Part shown: piece by piece, positions 22,948 through 32,063 of the stretch
How positions within the stretch are numbered: position 1 is the first letter of the stretch
How the letters are laid out: each line of letters opens with the position of its first letter
Assembly: GCA_034521815.1 (NCBI GenBank)
Contig: JAXHLW010000013.1
Span: forward strand, 256,001-320,000
Direction: 5' to 3'
Source of the DNA: Trueperaceae bacterium
GTDB lineage: Bacteria; Deinococcota; Deinococci; Deinococcales; Trueperaceae
DNA length: 64,000 bases
The notes under the pieces: generated by a model
What the model saw: only the letters and a program-made list of their open reading frames with translations
Database searches by the model: none
What the model was told of the DNA's origin: nothing
Translations under genes and position numbers: made by a program

Positions 22948-23989
22948 AGCCGACGGGTTCCGCCTCCTCGCCCTCCGCGGGCGCACGCTCCTGACGACGG
23001 CGATCCTCGTGGTCCTGGGCCTCGCGGTCAGCGCCCACGCCCAGCCTCGCGTGGTGGTGTCGATCGAGCCGTACCGCGACGCGGTCCAGCGCCTTCTGGG
23101 CGACGACGCCACCGTGGAGGTGCTGCTTCCGCCCGGGGCCAGCCCGCACGCCTACGATCCGACGCCGCGGCAGGTGGCGGGCCTCGCGGACGCCGACCTG
23201 GTGATCGTGAACGGCGGTCTGGACGGGTGGGTACTCGCGATGGTCGACGCGCTCGGCGGGGACGTGCCGGTGTTCGTCGCGATCGAGTCGTTGCCGCTGA
23301 GCGAGCTGGTCGCGGGTGATCACGAGCACGATCACGACCACGCCGACGACGAGCAGCGGCGACGAGCCGACGAAGACCACGCGGACGAAGAGCACGCCGA
23401 CGAAGAGCACGCCGACGAAGAGCACGCGGAGGAGGACCGTGCCGACGTGCCCGCCAGCTACGGCGACGTCAATCCGCACGTCTGGCTCGATCCGGGACAC
23501 ATGCGCACGATCGTCGCCGCGATCGCCGAGCGCCTGAGCGAGCTCGATCCGGCGCGCGCGGACGCCATCGCCCAGCGGTCCGCGACGTACCTGGCCGAGC
23601 TGGATGCGCTGGACACCGAGATCGCTCGCACGCTCGCGCCCGTCGCGGGTGCCCCGTTCGTCCCGTTCCACGACGCTTGGCCGTACTTCGCCGCGCACTT
23701 CGGGCTGGATCTGATCGTCGAGATCGAGCCGTTCCCCGGACGCGAGCCCACCGCCCGTGAGCTCGCCGATGCGATCGACACGATCCAGCGGGCCGGAGCG
23801 GCAGCCGTGTTCTCCGAGGTCCAGCTCGCGGAGCGCGCCGCACGCGTCCTCGCGGACGAGGCCGGCGTCCGTCTGGGCGTGCTGGACCCCATCGGTGGCG
23901 CGCCGGGGCGGCGAAGCTACGCCGAGCTGCTGCGCTACAATGCCGCCGTGATCCTGGAGGCGCTCCGACCCGACGCCGACCGACCTTGA
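22925..23989 (+). CDS. znuA: Zn/Mn ABC transporter substrate-binding protein with His/acidic loop
   Basis: PPGASPHAYDPTP, NGGLDGW, DHEHDHDH..(ADEEH)n loop, NPHVWLDP, HDAWPYF. Confidence 0.92.
   Translation: MMKMHSQQADGFRLLALRGRTLLTTAILVVLGLAVSAHAQPRVVVSIEPYRDAVQRLLGDDATVEVLLPPGASPHAYDPTPRQVAGLADADLVIVNGGLDGWVLAMVDALGGDVPVFVAIESLPLSELVAGDHEHDHDHADDEQRRRADEDHADEEHADEEHADEEHAEEDRADVPASYGDVNPHVWLDPGHMRTIVAAIAERLSELDPARADAIAQRSATYLAELDALDTEIARTLAPVAGAPFVPFHDAWPYFAAHFGLDLIVEIEPFPGREPTARELADAIDTIQRAGAAAVFSEVQLAERAARVLADEAGVRLGVLDPIGGAPGRRSYAELLRYNAAVILEALRPDADRP
23375..23430 (+). repeat. In-frame 15-bp tandem repeat encoding (HADEE)n
   Basis: cacgcggacgaagag / cacgccgacgaagag / cacgccgacgaagag / cacgcggaggag. 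Confidence 0.85.
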
Positions 23990-24063
23990 CGTCGAACGGG
24001 CGCTCGGTTCCAGGCCCGCCGTTCGGCACGGCCAGCCCGAGCGAGCCGCCGATGGAGGACGCC

Positions 24064-24804
24064 ATGAGCACGTCCCCAGCCCTTCGCTTGCGCCACGTCA
24101 CGGTACGGCGTGGCGACGTGGAGATCCTTCGCGACATCGACCTGGACCTGGGCGAGCGACGCTTTCTGGCGATCATCGGACCCAACGGCGCGGGCAAGTC
24201 CACCCTCGTGAAGGTGCTGCTGGGACTCGTCGAGCCGGACCGCGGCGAAGCGCTCCTGTTCGGGCGTCCCGCCGGGAGCGATCCCGTTCGGATCGGCTAC
24301 GTCCCTCAGCTCAAGACGTTCGATCGCTCGTTTCCCGCCACGGCGCTGGAGCTGGTCGTGTCGGGGCTCAGGCGTGCCTGGCCGGGACGCGTGAGCCGGC
24401 ACGAGCACGACGTGGCGTGCGAAGCGCTGGAGCGGGTCGGGGCGGGACGACTCACGGACCGCCCCCTGGCGCGGCTCTCTGGAGGCGAGCTCCAACGGGC
24501 CTACCTGGCCCGTGCGCTGGTCCGCCGGCCCGATCTGGTGATCCTGGACGAGCCCGCCACCGGCGTCGACTTCCTGGCCGAACACGACCTGAACCGGCTG
24601 CTCGAGGGGTACCAGAGCGACGCCGACGCCACGGTCGTGATGGTGACCCACGACCTCGCCGCCGCTCGGCATCACGCGACCGACGTGCTCGTGCTGAACC
24701 GCGTGGTGATCGGCTTCGGACCGCCGGAGCGAGCCCTGGCCGGCGACTGTCTGGAGCGCGCCTACGGGCACGTGGGCCACGGGCACGGCCTGGTCGTGCC
24801 GTGA
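24064..24804 (+). CDS. znuC: Zn/Mn ABC transporter ATP-binding protein
   Basis: GPNGAGKST, IGYVPQ, LSGGELQR, LDEP, His-rich tail; GGAGG RBS before ATG 24064. Confidence 0.9.
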   Translation: MSTSPALRLRHVTVRRGDVEILRDIDLDLGERRFLAIIGPNGAGKSTLVKVLLGLVEPDRGEALLFGRPAGSDPVRIGYVPQLKTFDRSFPATALELVVSGLRRAWPGRVSRHEHDVACEALERVGAGRLTDRPLARLSGGELQRAYLARALVRRPDLVILDEPATGVDFLAEHDLNRLLEGYQSDADATVVMVTHDLAAARHHATDVLVLNRVVIGFGPPERALAGDCLERAYGHVGHGHGLVVP

Positions 24805-25643
24805 TCGCGGAGCTGTCCGGCATGCTGGACTACGCGTTCATGCAACGCGCTCTGCTGGGGGGCGTCGCCATCGCGACCATGACGGGCTTGCTGGGCGTCT
24901 TCGTGGTGCAGCGCGGACTGGCGTTCCTGGGCGACGGCTTGGCGCACGCCTCGTTCGGGGGGATCGCGCTGGGCGCGCTGGTCGCCTACGGCACCTCGGG
25001 CAGCGGCGTGCTGTCGCAGCCGCTCTGGGTGGCGCTGCCGTTCACGATGGCTGCGGCGCTCGCGATCGCCTGGGTGAGCGATCGCACCGAGCTGTCCAGC
25101 GACACGGCGATCGGCGTGTTCTTCGCCGTCTCGGTCGCCCTGGGCGTCCTGTTCCTCTCCCGCATCCCGCCCGACCGGAACGTCGTCGACGTCTGGCACC
25201 TGCTGTTCGGCTCGATCCTCGCGGTCGGACCGGGCGACCTCACCATCATCGTCGTGACCGCGGCCGTGGTGGTCGGCCTCCTCGCCGCGGCCTGGGGCCG
25301 CCTGGCGTACGCCACCTTCGACGCCGAGCTCGCGGCGAGCGACGGCGTTCCGGTCCGAGCTCTCGACTACGCACTGTTCGCGGTCGCCGCGGTCGCCGTC
25401 GTCGTCAGCGCTCAAGTCGTGGGCGTCGTGCTGATGGCCGCGTACCTGGTGATTCCCGCCGCCGCGGCGCGACTGCTGGCGCCCACCTTGTCCGCCATGA
25501 CGTTCGGTGCGATCGCGATCGGGGTGACGACCACCTTGGCCGGCCTGGTGGCCTCGTTCTTCGCCGACGTACCGAGCGGCTCGGCGATCATCCTGCTGCA
25601 GGCCGCGGTCTTCCTCGTCGCGACGGTCGCCGCTCGTCGCTGA
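24801..25643 (+). CDS. znuB: Zn/Mn ABC transporter permease
   Basis: FMQRAL, GDGLAHA.FGG, LFGSIL, TFD.ELA, VPSGSAII; GTG overlaps the znuC stop. Confidence 0.9.
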   Translation: MIAELSGMLDYAFMQRALLGGVAIATMTGLLGVFVVQRGLAFLGDGLAHASFGGIALGALVAYGTSGSGVLSQPLWVALPFTMAAALAIAWVSDRTELSSDTAIGVFFAVSVALGVLFLSRIPPDRNVVDVWHLLFGSILAVGPGDLTIIVVTAAVVVGLLAAAWGRLAYATFDAELAASDGVPVRALDYALFAVAAVAVVVSAQVVGVVLMAAYLVIPAAAARLLAPTLSAMTFGAIAIGVTTTLAGLVASFFADVPSGSAIILLQAAVFLVATVAARR

Positions 25644-25724
25644 CGCTTGGTCGTGACGAACGCCTGAGCGATCGACAGATCGCCGTGGCGCGTCGCTCAG
25701 CGCCACGGCGCGAGGCCGCTTCGC

Positions 25725-27722
25725 TCAGCTCCGTTCTCGTGACCCGCCGGCGCCGCTAGGCACGTGCGCGAGGTCGCTCGTGCCGGTGTCGTCGTCCGAA
25801 TCGTCCGAGTCGTCCGAGTCGCCCGAGTCGCCGACATCGTCGTCAGCGGCACGACCGCCGCCGCCATCACGGTCGTCGCCTCCGGCTTCGTCGGCGCCAT
25901 CGGCGTCGCCCCGGATCGTGCGCAGCAGCTCCGGGAAGCGGCGTTCGACCTCGTCCTCGACGTCCGGATCCATCGTGATCTTCTCCGGCCAGGCGCGTGA
26001 GAAGCCCTCTTGAGGCAGCTTGGGTGTGCCGTCCACCACCCAGGTCGGCCCGCCGAGCGCGTCCTCGACCACCTGCACGTCGCGCTCCGGATCGATGTTG
26101 TTCAGCATCGTCCAGATGCAGTCCTCGAAGTCGGTGGGATCGGTCGTGTCGTCGAGCACGGCGATCCAACGGATCCCGCGAGCGGCGTACTGTCGCGCCG
26201 CCCACTCGCCGAGGTGCCGACCCTGATCGGGACGCACCTTGCGCGTGGTGATGAACCAGAACCCTCCACCGGGCTGATCCTGGGCGACCGTCTCCGCGTG
26301 GTAGGGAAGCGTCGCTGCCGAGCGGGCGGGCGCCGCCTCCCACGGCGTGCCGCCACCTTCCTCCTCGTGCTTCGTCGTGCCGTCCAGCACGAGCTTGCTG
26401 CCGTAGCTCCACGACCTGCTGGCGTGGTCCAGCACGTCGATCGGTCCCTTCGCGATCTGCTGGTCGCGGCCCGGCTGCGCACGAGCCAGGACGTGGCGCC
26501 AGAAGGCGGCGTGGTCCTGAGGGGCGACCTCGGGATCGTCCGAGACCAGGATCACCTTCGCGAACATCATCTGCCCGAGCCCCAGCAGGCCGTTGGCGAC
26601 CTTGTACGCCTGGCCGGGGTAGGCCTTGTCGATCACGACGTTCACGAGGTTGTGAGCGATACCCGCCGGCGGCATGTGGTAATCCCGGATCTCCGGAAGG
26701 ATCAGCTGCGCCGGAGCCAGGAACAGGCGCTCGCTCGCCTCGATCAGGTAGGCGTCCTCCATCGGCGGCCGGCCGACGATCGTCGCGGGGTAGACCGGGT
26801 CGCGTCGCATCGTCACGGCGGTCACGTGGAACGTCGGGTAGAGATCCTCGAGCGTGTAGAAGCCGGTGTGGTCGCCGAACGGTCCCTCGACGCGCCACGG
26901 CTCCTCGGGATCGACGTAGCCCTCGAGCACGAACTCCGCCTGGGCGGGGACCTCGAGGTCGACGCTCACGCCGCGAACCAGCTCGACGCCCCGGCCACGA
27001 AGCCAACCGGTGAGCGAGAACTCGTTGATTCCCGGGATCGGCGGCAGGGGTGCGGTCGCGGCGTACGTGAGCGCCGGGTCGCCGCCCAGCGCGACCGCGA
27101 CCTCGAGCTTGCGGCCGGCCTTCCGAGCGTTCTCGAGGTGGCGTGCACCGGTCTTGTGGCGCTGCCAGTGCATGCCGGTCGTGTTCCGGTCGTACACCTG
27201 CATCCGGTACATGCCGATGTTGACGTCGCCCGCGACCGGGTCGCGGCTGATCACCAGCGGCAGGGTCACGAACGGACCGCCGTCCCCCGGCCAGCAGGTG
27301 AGGACCGGCAGCCTGGACAGGTCGACCTCGTCCCCGCGCCACACGACCTCCTGCACGGGAGCGCGCCGCACGCGCTTGGGCGGCAGCGACGCCAGCTCCC
27401 TGAGCTTGGGAAGGTTCGAGGCGAGCCCCATCAGGCCGCCACCGACCTTCACGTCGAGCAGCTCGCGGACGCGGTCGCCCAGGTCGTCGAGCGTCTCGAC
27501 ACCCAGCGCCCACGCCATCCGCCGGCGCGTGCCGTACAGGCCGATCACGACGGGGAAGTCGCGGTCCTCGACGTTCTCGAACAGGAGCGCCGGACCTTCG
27601 GCCTTCACGGCCGCGTCGGCCAGCACGGTGATCTCGAGCTCGGCGCGGACCGGATCGCGCACGCGCACCAGCTCGCCCTTCTGTTCGAGGAAGCTCAGGA
27701 ACCGCTGCAGATCTGCGTACAT
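25725..27722 (-). CDS. UbiD-family prFMN decarboxylase (menaquinone/futalosine-pathway type) with acidic low-complexity tail
   Basis: GPALLFENV, WPGDGGPFVT, NIGMYR.Q, EGPFGDHTGFY, GRPPMED, DVLDHA. Confidence 0.9.
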   Translation of the reverse strand: MYADLQRFLSFLEQKGELVRVRDPVRAELEITVLADAAVKAEGPALLFENVEDRDFPVVIGLYGTRRRMAWALGVETLDDLGDRVRELLDVKVGGGLMGLASNLPKLRELASLPPKRVRRAPVQEVVWRGDEVDLSRLPVLTCWPGDGGPFVTLPLVISRDPVAGDVNIGMYRMQVYDRNTTGMHWQRHKTGARHLENARKAGRKLEVAVALGGDPALTYAATAPLPPIPGINEFSLTGWLRGRGVELVRGVSVDLEVPAQAEFVLEGYVDPEEPWRVEGPFGDHTGFYTLEDLYPTFHVTAVTMRRDPVYPATIVGRPPMEDAYLIEASERLFLAPAQLILPEIRDYHMPPAGIAHNLVNVVIDKAYPGQAYKVANGLLGLGQMMFAKVILVSDDPEVAPQDHAAFWRHVLARAQPGRDQQIAKGPIDVLDHASRSWSYGSKLVLDGTTKHEEEGGGTPWEAAPARSAATLPYHAETVAQDQPGGGFWFITTRKVRPDQGRHLGEWAARQYAARGIRWIAVLDDTTDPTDFEDCIWTMLNNIDPERDVQVVEDALGGPTWVVDGTPKLPQEGFSRAWPEKITMDPDVEDEVERRFPELLRTIRGDADGADEAGGDDRDGGGGRAADDDVGDSGDSDDSDDSDDDTGTSDLAHVPSGAGGSRERS
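25791..25835. repeat. 9-bp tandem repeat encoding (DSD/G)n in the UbiD tail
   Basis: gtcgtccga/atcgtccga/gtcgtccga/gtcgcccga. Confidence 0.75.
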
Positions 27723-27789
27723 ACGAGCATGCTACCCGTCGAGCGTGGCTGCCCGTGGGCGCCTGGCCACACACATGACCGGAGGCGCC

Positions 27790-29073
27790 TCAGAGCAGTC
27801 GAGCGACGATGCGGGCTCCCGCGAGCCAGGTGCCCAGGGCCGACCCCAGCGTCGCGCCGAAGAACACCAGCAGCGTGCGTGCGACCCTGTTCGTGTACCA
27901 GCCGCGAAGCTTCGTCGCGTCGCTGCGCAAGGTCGCGAAGTCGCCCACGCTGGGCTTGCGGCGCCACAGCTCCAAGGCCGCGGCGACGAAGCCGGCACCG
28001 ATCGTCGGATTCAGACTGGTGAGGGGGGCGGCGAGGGCGGTACCCACCACCGTCACGGGATGCGCGGCCGCCACCATCGCTCCGATCGCAGACGCGACGC
28101 CGTTGATCCAGAACCAGTCGCCGATCAGCTGGCGGCCGAGCTCCGGATCGCGAAGGAACCCGATCGCGAAGCCGCTCAGGACCAGCGCGACGATCGCCCA
28201 CGGAAGGGCGCGCACGACGAGCGAGGCCGGCGGCACCGTGGACAGCTGCTCGATGGCGGCCTGAGGGTCTTCCTCCGAGGCCTCGCTCAGCGCGGTGCGC
28301 ATCCCGCTCAGGTGACCGGCGCCGATGATCGCGAGGATCGGGTCGGGCGTCTCGCCCGCCGCCTTCGCCTCCTGCGCGATCCTCTCGGCCTCCTGCCGGA
28401 TGCGTGCCGCCATGAACGTGTCGCGCTCGGCGATCAACGGCTGGTACAAGCGCTCGGAGCGCTCGGCGAACTCGGCGAACGTCGCCTCGAGCACGTCGCC
28501 GTCCTTGAGTCGCTCGATCTCCTCCTCCGAGATCTGCTCGCGGGAGAGGACGCTGGCGACCAGCCCGGCCATCAGCTCCAACCTGCGCCACCACGGCACG
28601 TTCCGGTACACGCGCCGCAGCGTCACGCCGATGTCGCGGTCGATCAGCAGAAGCGGAAGGTCGGCCTCCTTGGCGGCGGCGATCGCGTCGCGCATCTCCT
28701 GCCCCGGCTCGATCCCGTACTGGTCCGCGAGGCGCTGCTGGAACGCACCGAGCGCCAGGTTCGCGGCCATCGCGCCGGCCTGCCCGCGACGGATCACGGT
28801 GAACAGATCGGTCTTCAGCATGCGGTCGGGATCCACCAAGCCCGCATGGCGCGAGGCGTCCAGCTCGATCGCGACCGTTCCGTACTCGCCCGAGGCGATC
28901 CGGGCGCGGACCTCGTCCGCGCTGGCCCGCGATACGTGGGCCGTTCCCAGGAGCGTCACCGGCACGCCGTGCACCAGGACGGTCGCCGAGGGGCCACCGG
29001 CCCCGTCCGGGGCGGGCCGCTCCGTGGCTTCGCCGGGCGCCTGGCCCGGTGCGTGCAGGGGGTCGGTGTCCAT
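27790..29073 (-). CDS. TraB/GumN-family protein (pheromone-shutdown TraB-like)
   Basis: LLGTAHVS, IELD..R, PGQEM, DRDI.VTL.R, ERD.FMA, IGAGHL.G, APLTSLNP.IGAG; start MDTDPL at 29073. Confidence 0.9.
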   Translation of the reverse strand: MDTDPLHAPGQAPGEATERPAPDGAGGPSATVLVHGVPVTLLGTAHVSRASADEVRARIASGEYGTVAIELDASRHAGLVDPDRMLKTDLFTVIRRGQAGAMAANLALGAFQQRLADQYGIEPGQEMRDAIAAAKEADLPLLLIDRDIGVTLRRVYRNVPWWRRLELMAGLVASVLSREQISEEEIERLKDGDVLEATFAEFAERSERLYQPLIAERDTFMAARIRQEAERIAQEAKAAGETPDPILAIIGAGHLSGMRTALSEASEEDPQAAIEQLSTVPPASLVVRALPWAIVALVLSGFAIGFLRDPELGRQLIGDWFWINGVASAIGAMVAAAHPVTVVGTALAAPLTSLNPTIGAGFVAAALELWRRKPSVGDFATLRSDATKLRGWYTNRVARTLLVFFGATLGSALGTWLAGARIVARLL

Positions 29074-29199
29074 AGGCGTTCGAGTGTACCGGCTCGCGTC
29101 CGTACGGTGCCATCCGCGGCGTACGCGGAGCATCGCCATGCCCCCTCCCGCGTCGCCGACACGATGCGCCGGGCGCGGCACGACGGTACGCTGGCCGTC

Positions 29200-31047
29200 A
29201 TGAAGTCCAGCGAGACGCGTCGCACCCCCGGCCGCTACGGTTCCGACGGCACGACGAACGAGGCGTCCATGCGCAAGAACCTGGCCCAGGAGGTCGACCG
29301 TGCCAGGGTCTGGCTGCCGCTCTCGATCGTCGGGATCGTGGTGCTGTTCGAGCTGGGCTTGGTGCCCCTCCTCGGGCCGGAGACCGGGCCGTGGGTGCGC
29401 TTGGCGTTCTACAGCATCCTCGGGCCGCTGGCGACCGTGCTCACGCTGTCGTGGATCTTGCGCGAGGTGCGCGCTCGCGAGCAGGCGCGGTCCGAGCTGG
29501 CGACGACCTACCTGGAGCTGCAGGACAGTCACGAGCTGTTGGCCGCGATCCAGCGGGTGACCGAGCGATTCGCCGCTGCGACCGATCTCGAGGAGGCCGT
29601 GCGGGCCGCCGCCAGCGGGATTCGCGAGGCGACGGGCGCCCAGGCGAGCGCCGTGGTGCTCGGCGTCGAGATGCGCGAGCTGGCCGGCGAGGAGAACGTG
29701 GACGACGAGCTGCGCGCACGGATCCACGCGCGCGACGCCGCGGTGCGACGCGGACAGACGCCTCCCGAGCTCGAAGAGGGTCCCTCGGGATCCCGCTGGC
29801 TGCTGTCCGGACCGGTCCGTCAGGGTGAGCGCGTGACCGGAAGCGTGCACGCCGTGTTCGCGTCGGAGCCCGCACCGAGGTCGCGCGAGGCGTTCGGGAT
29901 TCTCGTGGCCGAGTTCGCCTCCGTCGCCGAGGCTTCCCAGAGTCGGATGCGCGACCTGCTGACGCTGTTCGACGTCGACCGCTCGATCCGGGCGGAAGGG
30001 AACCTCGAGCGGCTGCTCGGAACGTTGCTCGAGCGGACGCTGCAGCGGGTGGACGCGTCGCGCGGAGCGGTGTTCCTGGCCGATGCCGGGCCGCTGCTCC
30101 AGCCCAAGGTCGTGCGTCCAGACGAGCCGATCGGCCCGCTCCACCGCGACGAGGACGTTCTGGCCAAGTGGGCGATGCGCGGAGGCCCTCAGCTCGTCAC
30201 GACGCTCGGCGCAGAGATCCGAGCCGAAGCCGGCGGTCTGCTGCGCGACTCGTGTTGCGCCGTGGTGCTGCCCCTCCTGGCCGACGACGAGCTGTTGGGC
30301 GTGGTCGTCCTCGGCGTGGACCGGCCCGGAGCGGTCCGTCCGGCGCAGCTCCCCTTCCTCTCCCTGCTCGCGGGGCAGGTCTCGCTGGCGGTCCGCAACG
30401 CACGGGCGTACCTGCACAGCGAGGAGCTCGCGATCGGCGAGGAGCGCTCCCGCATCGCTCGCGAGATCCACGACGGCGTCGCGCAGTCGCTCGCGTTCGC
30501 GGCGCTCAAGATCGATCTGGGCAGGCGCCTGATGGGCCGCGACGAGGAGCGTGCCCGCGACGAGCTCCAGAAGGCGGGGGACACCGTCCGCGAGTCGATC
30601 CGCGAGGTCAGGCGCAGCATCTTCGCGCTACGTCCCGTCGACCTCGAGCGCCACGGCTTCGTCGAGACGGTCCGTCGCTACGCCTCCGACTTCGGTCCCC
30701 AGAACGGCGTCCAAGTGAACCTCGAGATCGGCGAGGTCGGCGATCTCGAGGTGCGTAGCGAGGCGGTCCTGTTCAGGATCTTCCAGGAGGCGATGCACAA
30801 CGTCGCGAAGCACGCGCGCGCCAGGTCCGTCTCGGTCCAGCTGGGGCGCGACCACCGGATGCGGGCGTTCGTCGAGGTGAGGGACGACGGCGCGGGGTTC
30901 GACGTCGACGACGTCGGCGACCGCGTCACCAGCGCGGGAGGACTGGGGCTGCGGCAGATGCGCGAGCGGGTCGAGGGGCGAGGCGGCGATTTCGAGATCA
31001 CCAGCGTGCCGGGCGAGGGTACGCGCGTACGCGCAGCGGTGTACTGA
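29200..31047 (+). CDS. Membrane GAF-domain sensor histidine kinase (HisKA_3, NarX/DesK class)
   Basis: Two TM helices, GAF-like segments, EERSRIAREIHDGVAQSL H-box, QEAMHNVAKHA N-box, DDGAGF, GLGL, GEGT; TACGCT -10 lies 7 nt before ATG 29200. Confidence 0.92.
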   Translation: MKSSETRRTPGRYGSDGTTNEASMRKNLAQEVDRARVWLPLSIVGIVVLFELGLVPLLGPETGPWVRLAFYSILGPLATVLTLSWILREVRAREQARSELATTYLELQDSHELLAAIQRVTERFAAATDLEEAVRAAASGIREATGAQASAVVLGVEMRELAGEENVDDELRARIHARDAAVRRGQTPPELEEGPSGSRWLLSGPVRQGERVTGSVHAVFASEPAPRSREAFGILVAEFASVAEASQSRMRDLLTLFDVDRSIRAEGNLERLLGTLLERTLQRVDASRGAVFLADAGPLLQPKVVRPDEPIGPLHRDEDVLAKWAMRGGPQLVTTLGAEIRAEAGGLLRDSCCAVVLPLLADDELLGVVVLGVDRPGAVRPAQLPFLSLLAGQVSLAVRNARAYLHSEELAIGEERSRIAREIHDGVAQSLAFAALKIDLGRRLMGRDEERARDELQKAGDTVRESIREVRRSIFALRPVDLERHGFVETVRRYASDFGPQNGVQVNLEIGEVGDLEVRSEAVLFRIFQEAMHNVAKHARARSVSVQLGRDHRMRAFVEVRDDGAGFDVDDVGDRVTSAGGLGLRQMRERVEGRGGDFEITSVPGEGTRVRAAVY

Positions 31048-31086
31048 GGCGCGGGCGCGGCGCCGCATCGCGAAGCGCGCGTTTCG

Positions 31087-31122
31087 GCGCCCGTTCCGTC
31101 GCGCCCGTTCCGTCGCACCCGT
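31087..31122. repeat. About 2.5 copies of a 14-bp unit in a convergent intergenic region
   Basis: gcgcccgttccgtc x2 + gcacccgt. Confidence 0.75.
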
Positions 31123-31136
31123 GCGGCCACGACGAA

Positions 31137-31163
31137 GGGCCCGAGCGCGTACGCCCGGGCCCC
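31137..31163. terminator. Hairpin between the convergent kinase gene and rpmE, probable bidirectional terminator
   Basis: GGGCCCG...CGGGCCC inverted repeat. Confidence 0.5.
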
Positions 31164-31218
31164 TCCGTTCGCTGCACACCTGCACACGACACGACCGACC
31201 GGCCGCGCCGAGCGGCGA

Positions 31219-31428
31219 CTACTTGCGGTAGCTGGTGCCGAACCGCTTCTGGAACTTCTCGACCCGGCCCTCGGTGTCGATGAAGCGCTGCTGGCCGGTA
31301 TAGAAGGGGTGGTTGCCCGACCACACGTCGACGTGGATCTCGGGCTTGGTGCTGTACGTCTCGAGCACCACTTCGCCGTCGCAGATGATCTTGCACGGCA
31401 CGAGCTTGGGATGGATGTTCTTCTTCAT
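31219..31428 (-). CDS. rpmE: 50S ribosomal protein bL31
   Basis: MKKNIHP, STKPEI.VDVWSGNHPFYTG, EGRVEKF.KRFG. Confidence 0.97.
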   Translation of the reverse strand: MKKNIHPKLVPCKIICDGEVVLETYSTKPEIHVDVWSGNHPFYTGQQRFIDTEGRVEKFQKRFGTSYRK

Positions 31429-31579
31429 GGCGTTCTCCTCGCGCTTCGGGGTCGCGTTCCGATCGTTCTGGCGATGGTCTTCCTGCCCCTACGTCGGCGC
31501 CGCCTCACGGGGCTGCCGACCGTAACCGAACGATCGTAGCAGACTTGTGCAGCTGCCGCCAACTCTCGTCGCTGTGCTG

Positions 31580-32011
31580 TCAGGCGCCGGACGCGGACGC
31601 ACGCACCTGACGTTGCAGCCGGCGCAGCATGCCCTCCATGCCGCGCAGCCGAAGGGGACTGATCAGATCGCTCAGGCCCAGCTGGCCCGAGACGTCGCCG
31701 GGGACGGCGAGGACCTCCTCGACCGTGCGGCCGTCGAGGCCGTGCGCCAGGATCGACGCGAAGCCTCGGGTGGTCGGCGCCTCCGGCGGCGCATCGAACC
31801 AGATCGACACCCGGTCGTCGTGCACCTCGCTGGTCAGGAACAGCGGCGTCTGGCACTCTTCGACCTTCTCGAAGCGGTCGCCCTGCCCTGCGAGCTCGTC
31901 CGGAAGGGGAGGAAGCTTGTTCGCGTACTCGAGAAGGAGCTCGAGCCGCAACGCCCGTGGTGCCCGCGCGAACTGGTCGATCACGTGCTGCAAGGAGTCT
32001 GGAACGCTCAT
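31580..32011 (-). CDS. sufE: Cysteine desulfuration protein SufE
   Basis: LLEYANKLPPLP, VEECQTP, APTTRGFA, SPLRLRG. Confidence 0.9.
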   Translation of the reverse strand: MSVPDSLQHVIDQFARAPRALRLELLLEYANKLPPLPDELAGQGDRFEKVEECQTPLFLTSEVHDDRVSIWFDAPPEAPTTRGFASILAHGLDGRTVEEVLAVPGDVSGQLGLSDLISPLRLRGMEGMLRRLQRQVRASASGA

Positions 32012-32063
32012 GGTGCGAGCCTATCCGCTCGGCCGCCCTCGCTCCGTGGTCCGGATCGCCTCC

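Noticed and set aside
23351-23370. QRRR inside the acidic His loop of ZnuA
   Set aside because: May be two compensating indels (the alternative frame reads GDE); no functional claim is supportable.
27790-29073. TraB as evidence of a conjugative element
   Set aside because: It is the TraB/GumN (pheromone-shutdown/TIKI-like) family, and no relaxase, T4SS or coupling protein is nearby.
27010-29199. Apparent 1345-aa kinase and 893-aa TraB with long N-terminal extensions
   Set aside because: The extensions are antisense to real genes; the true starts (29200 and 29073) are marked by -10 boxes and family N-termini.
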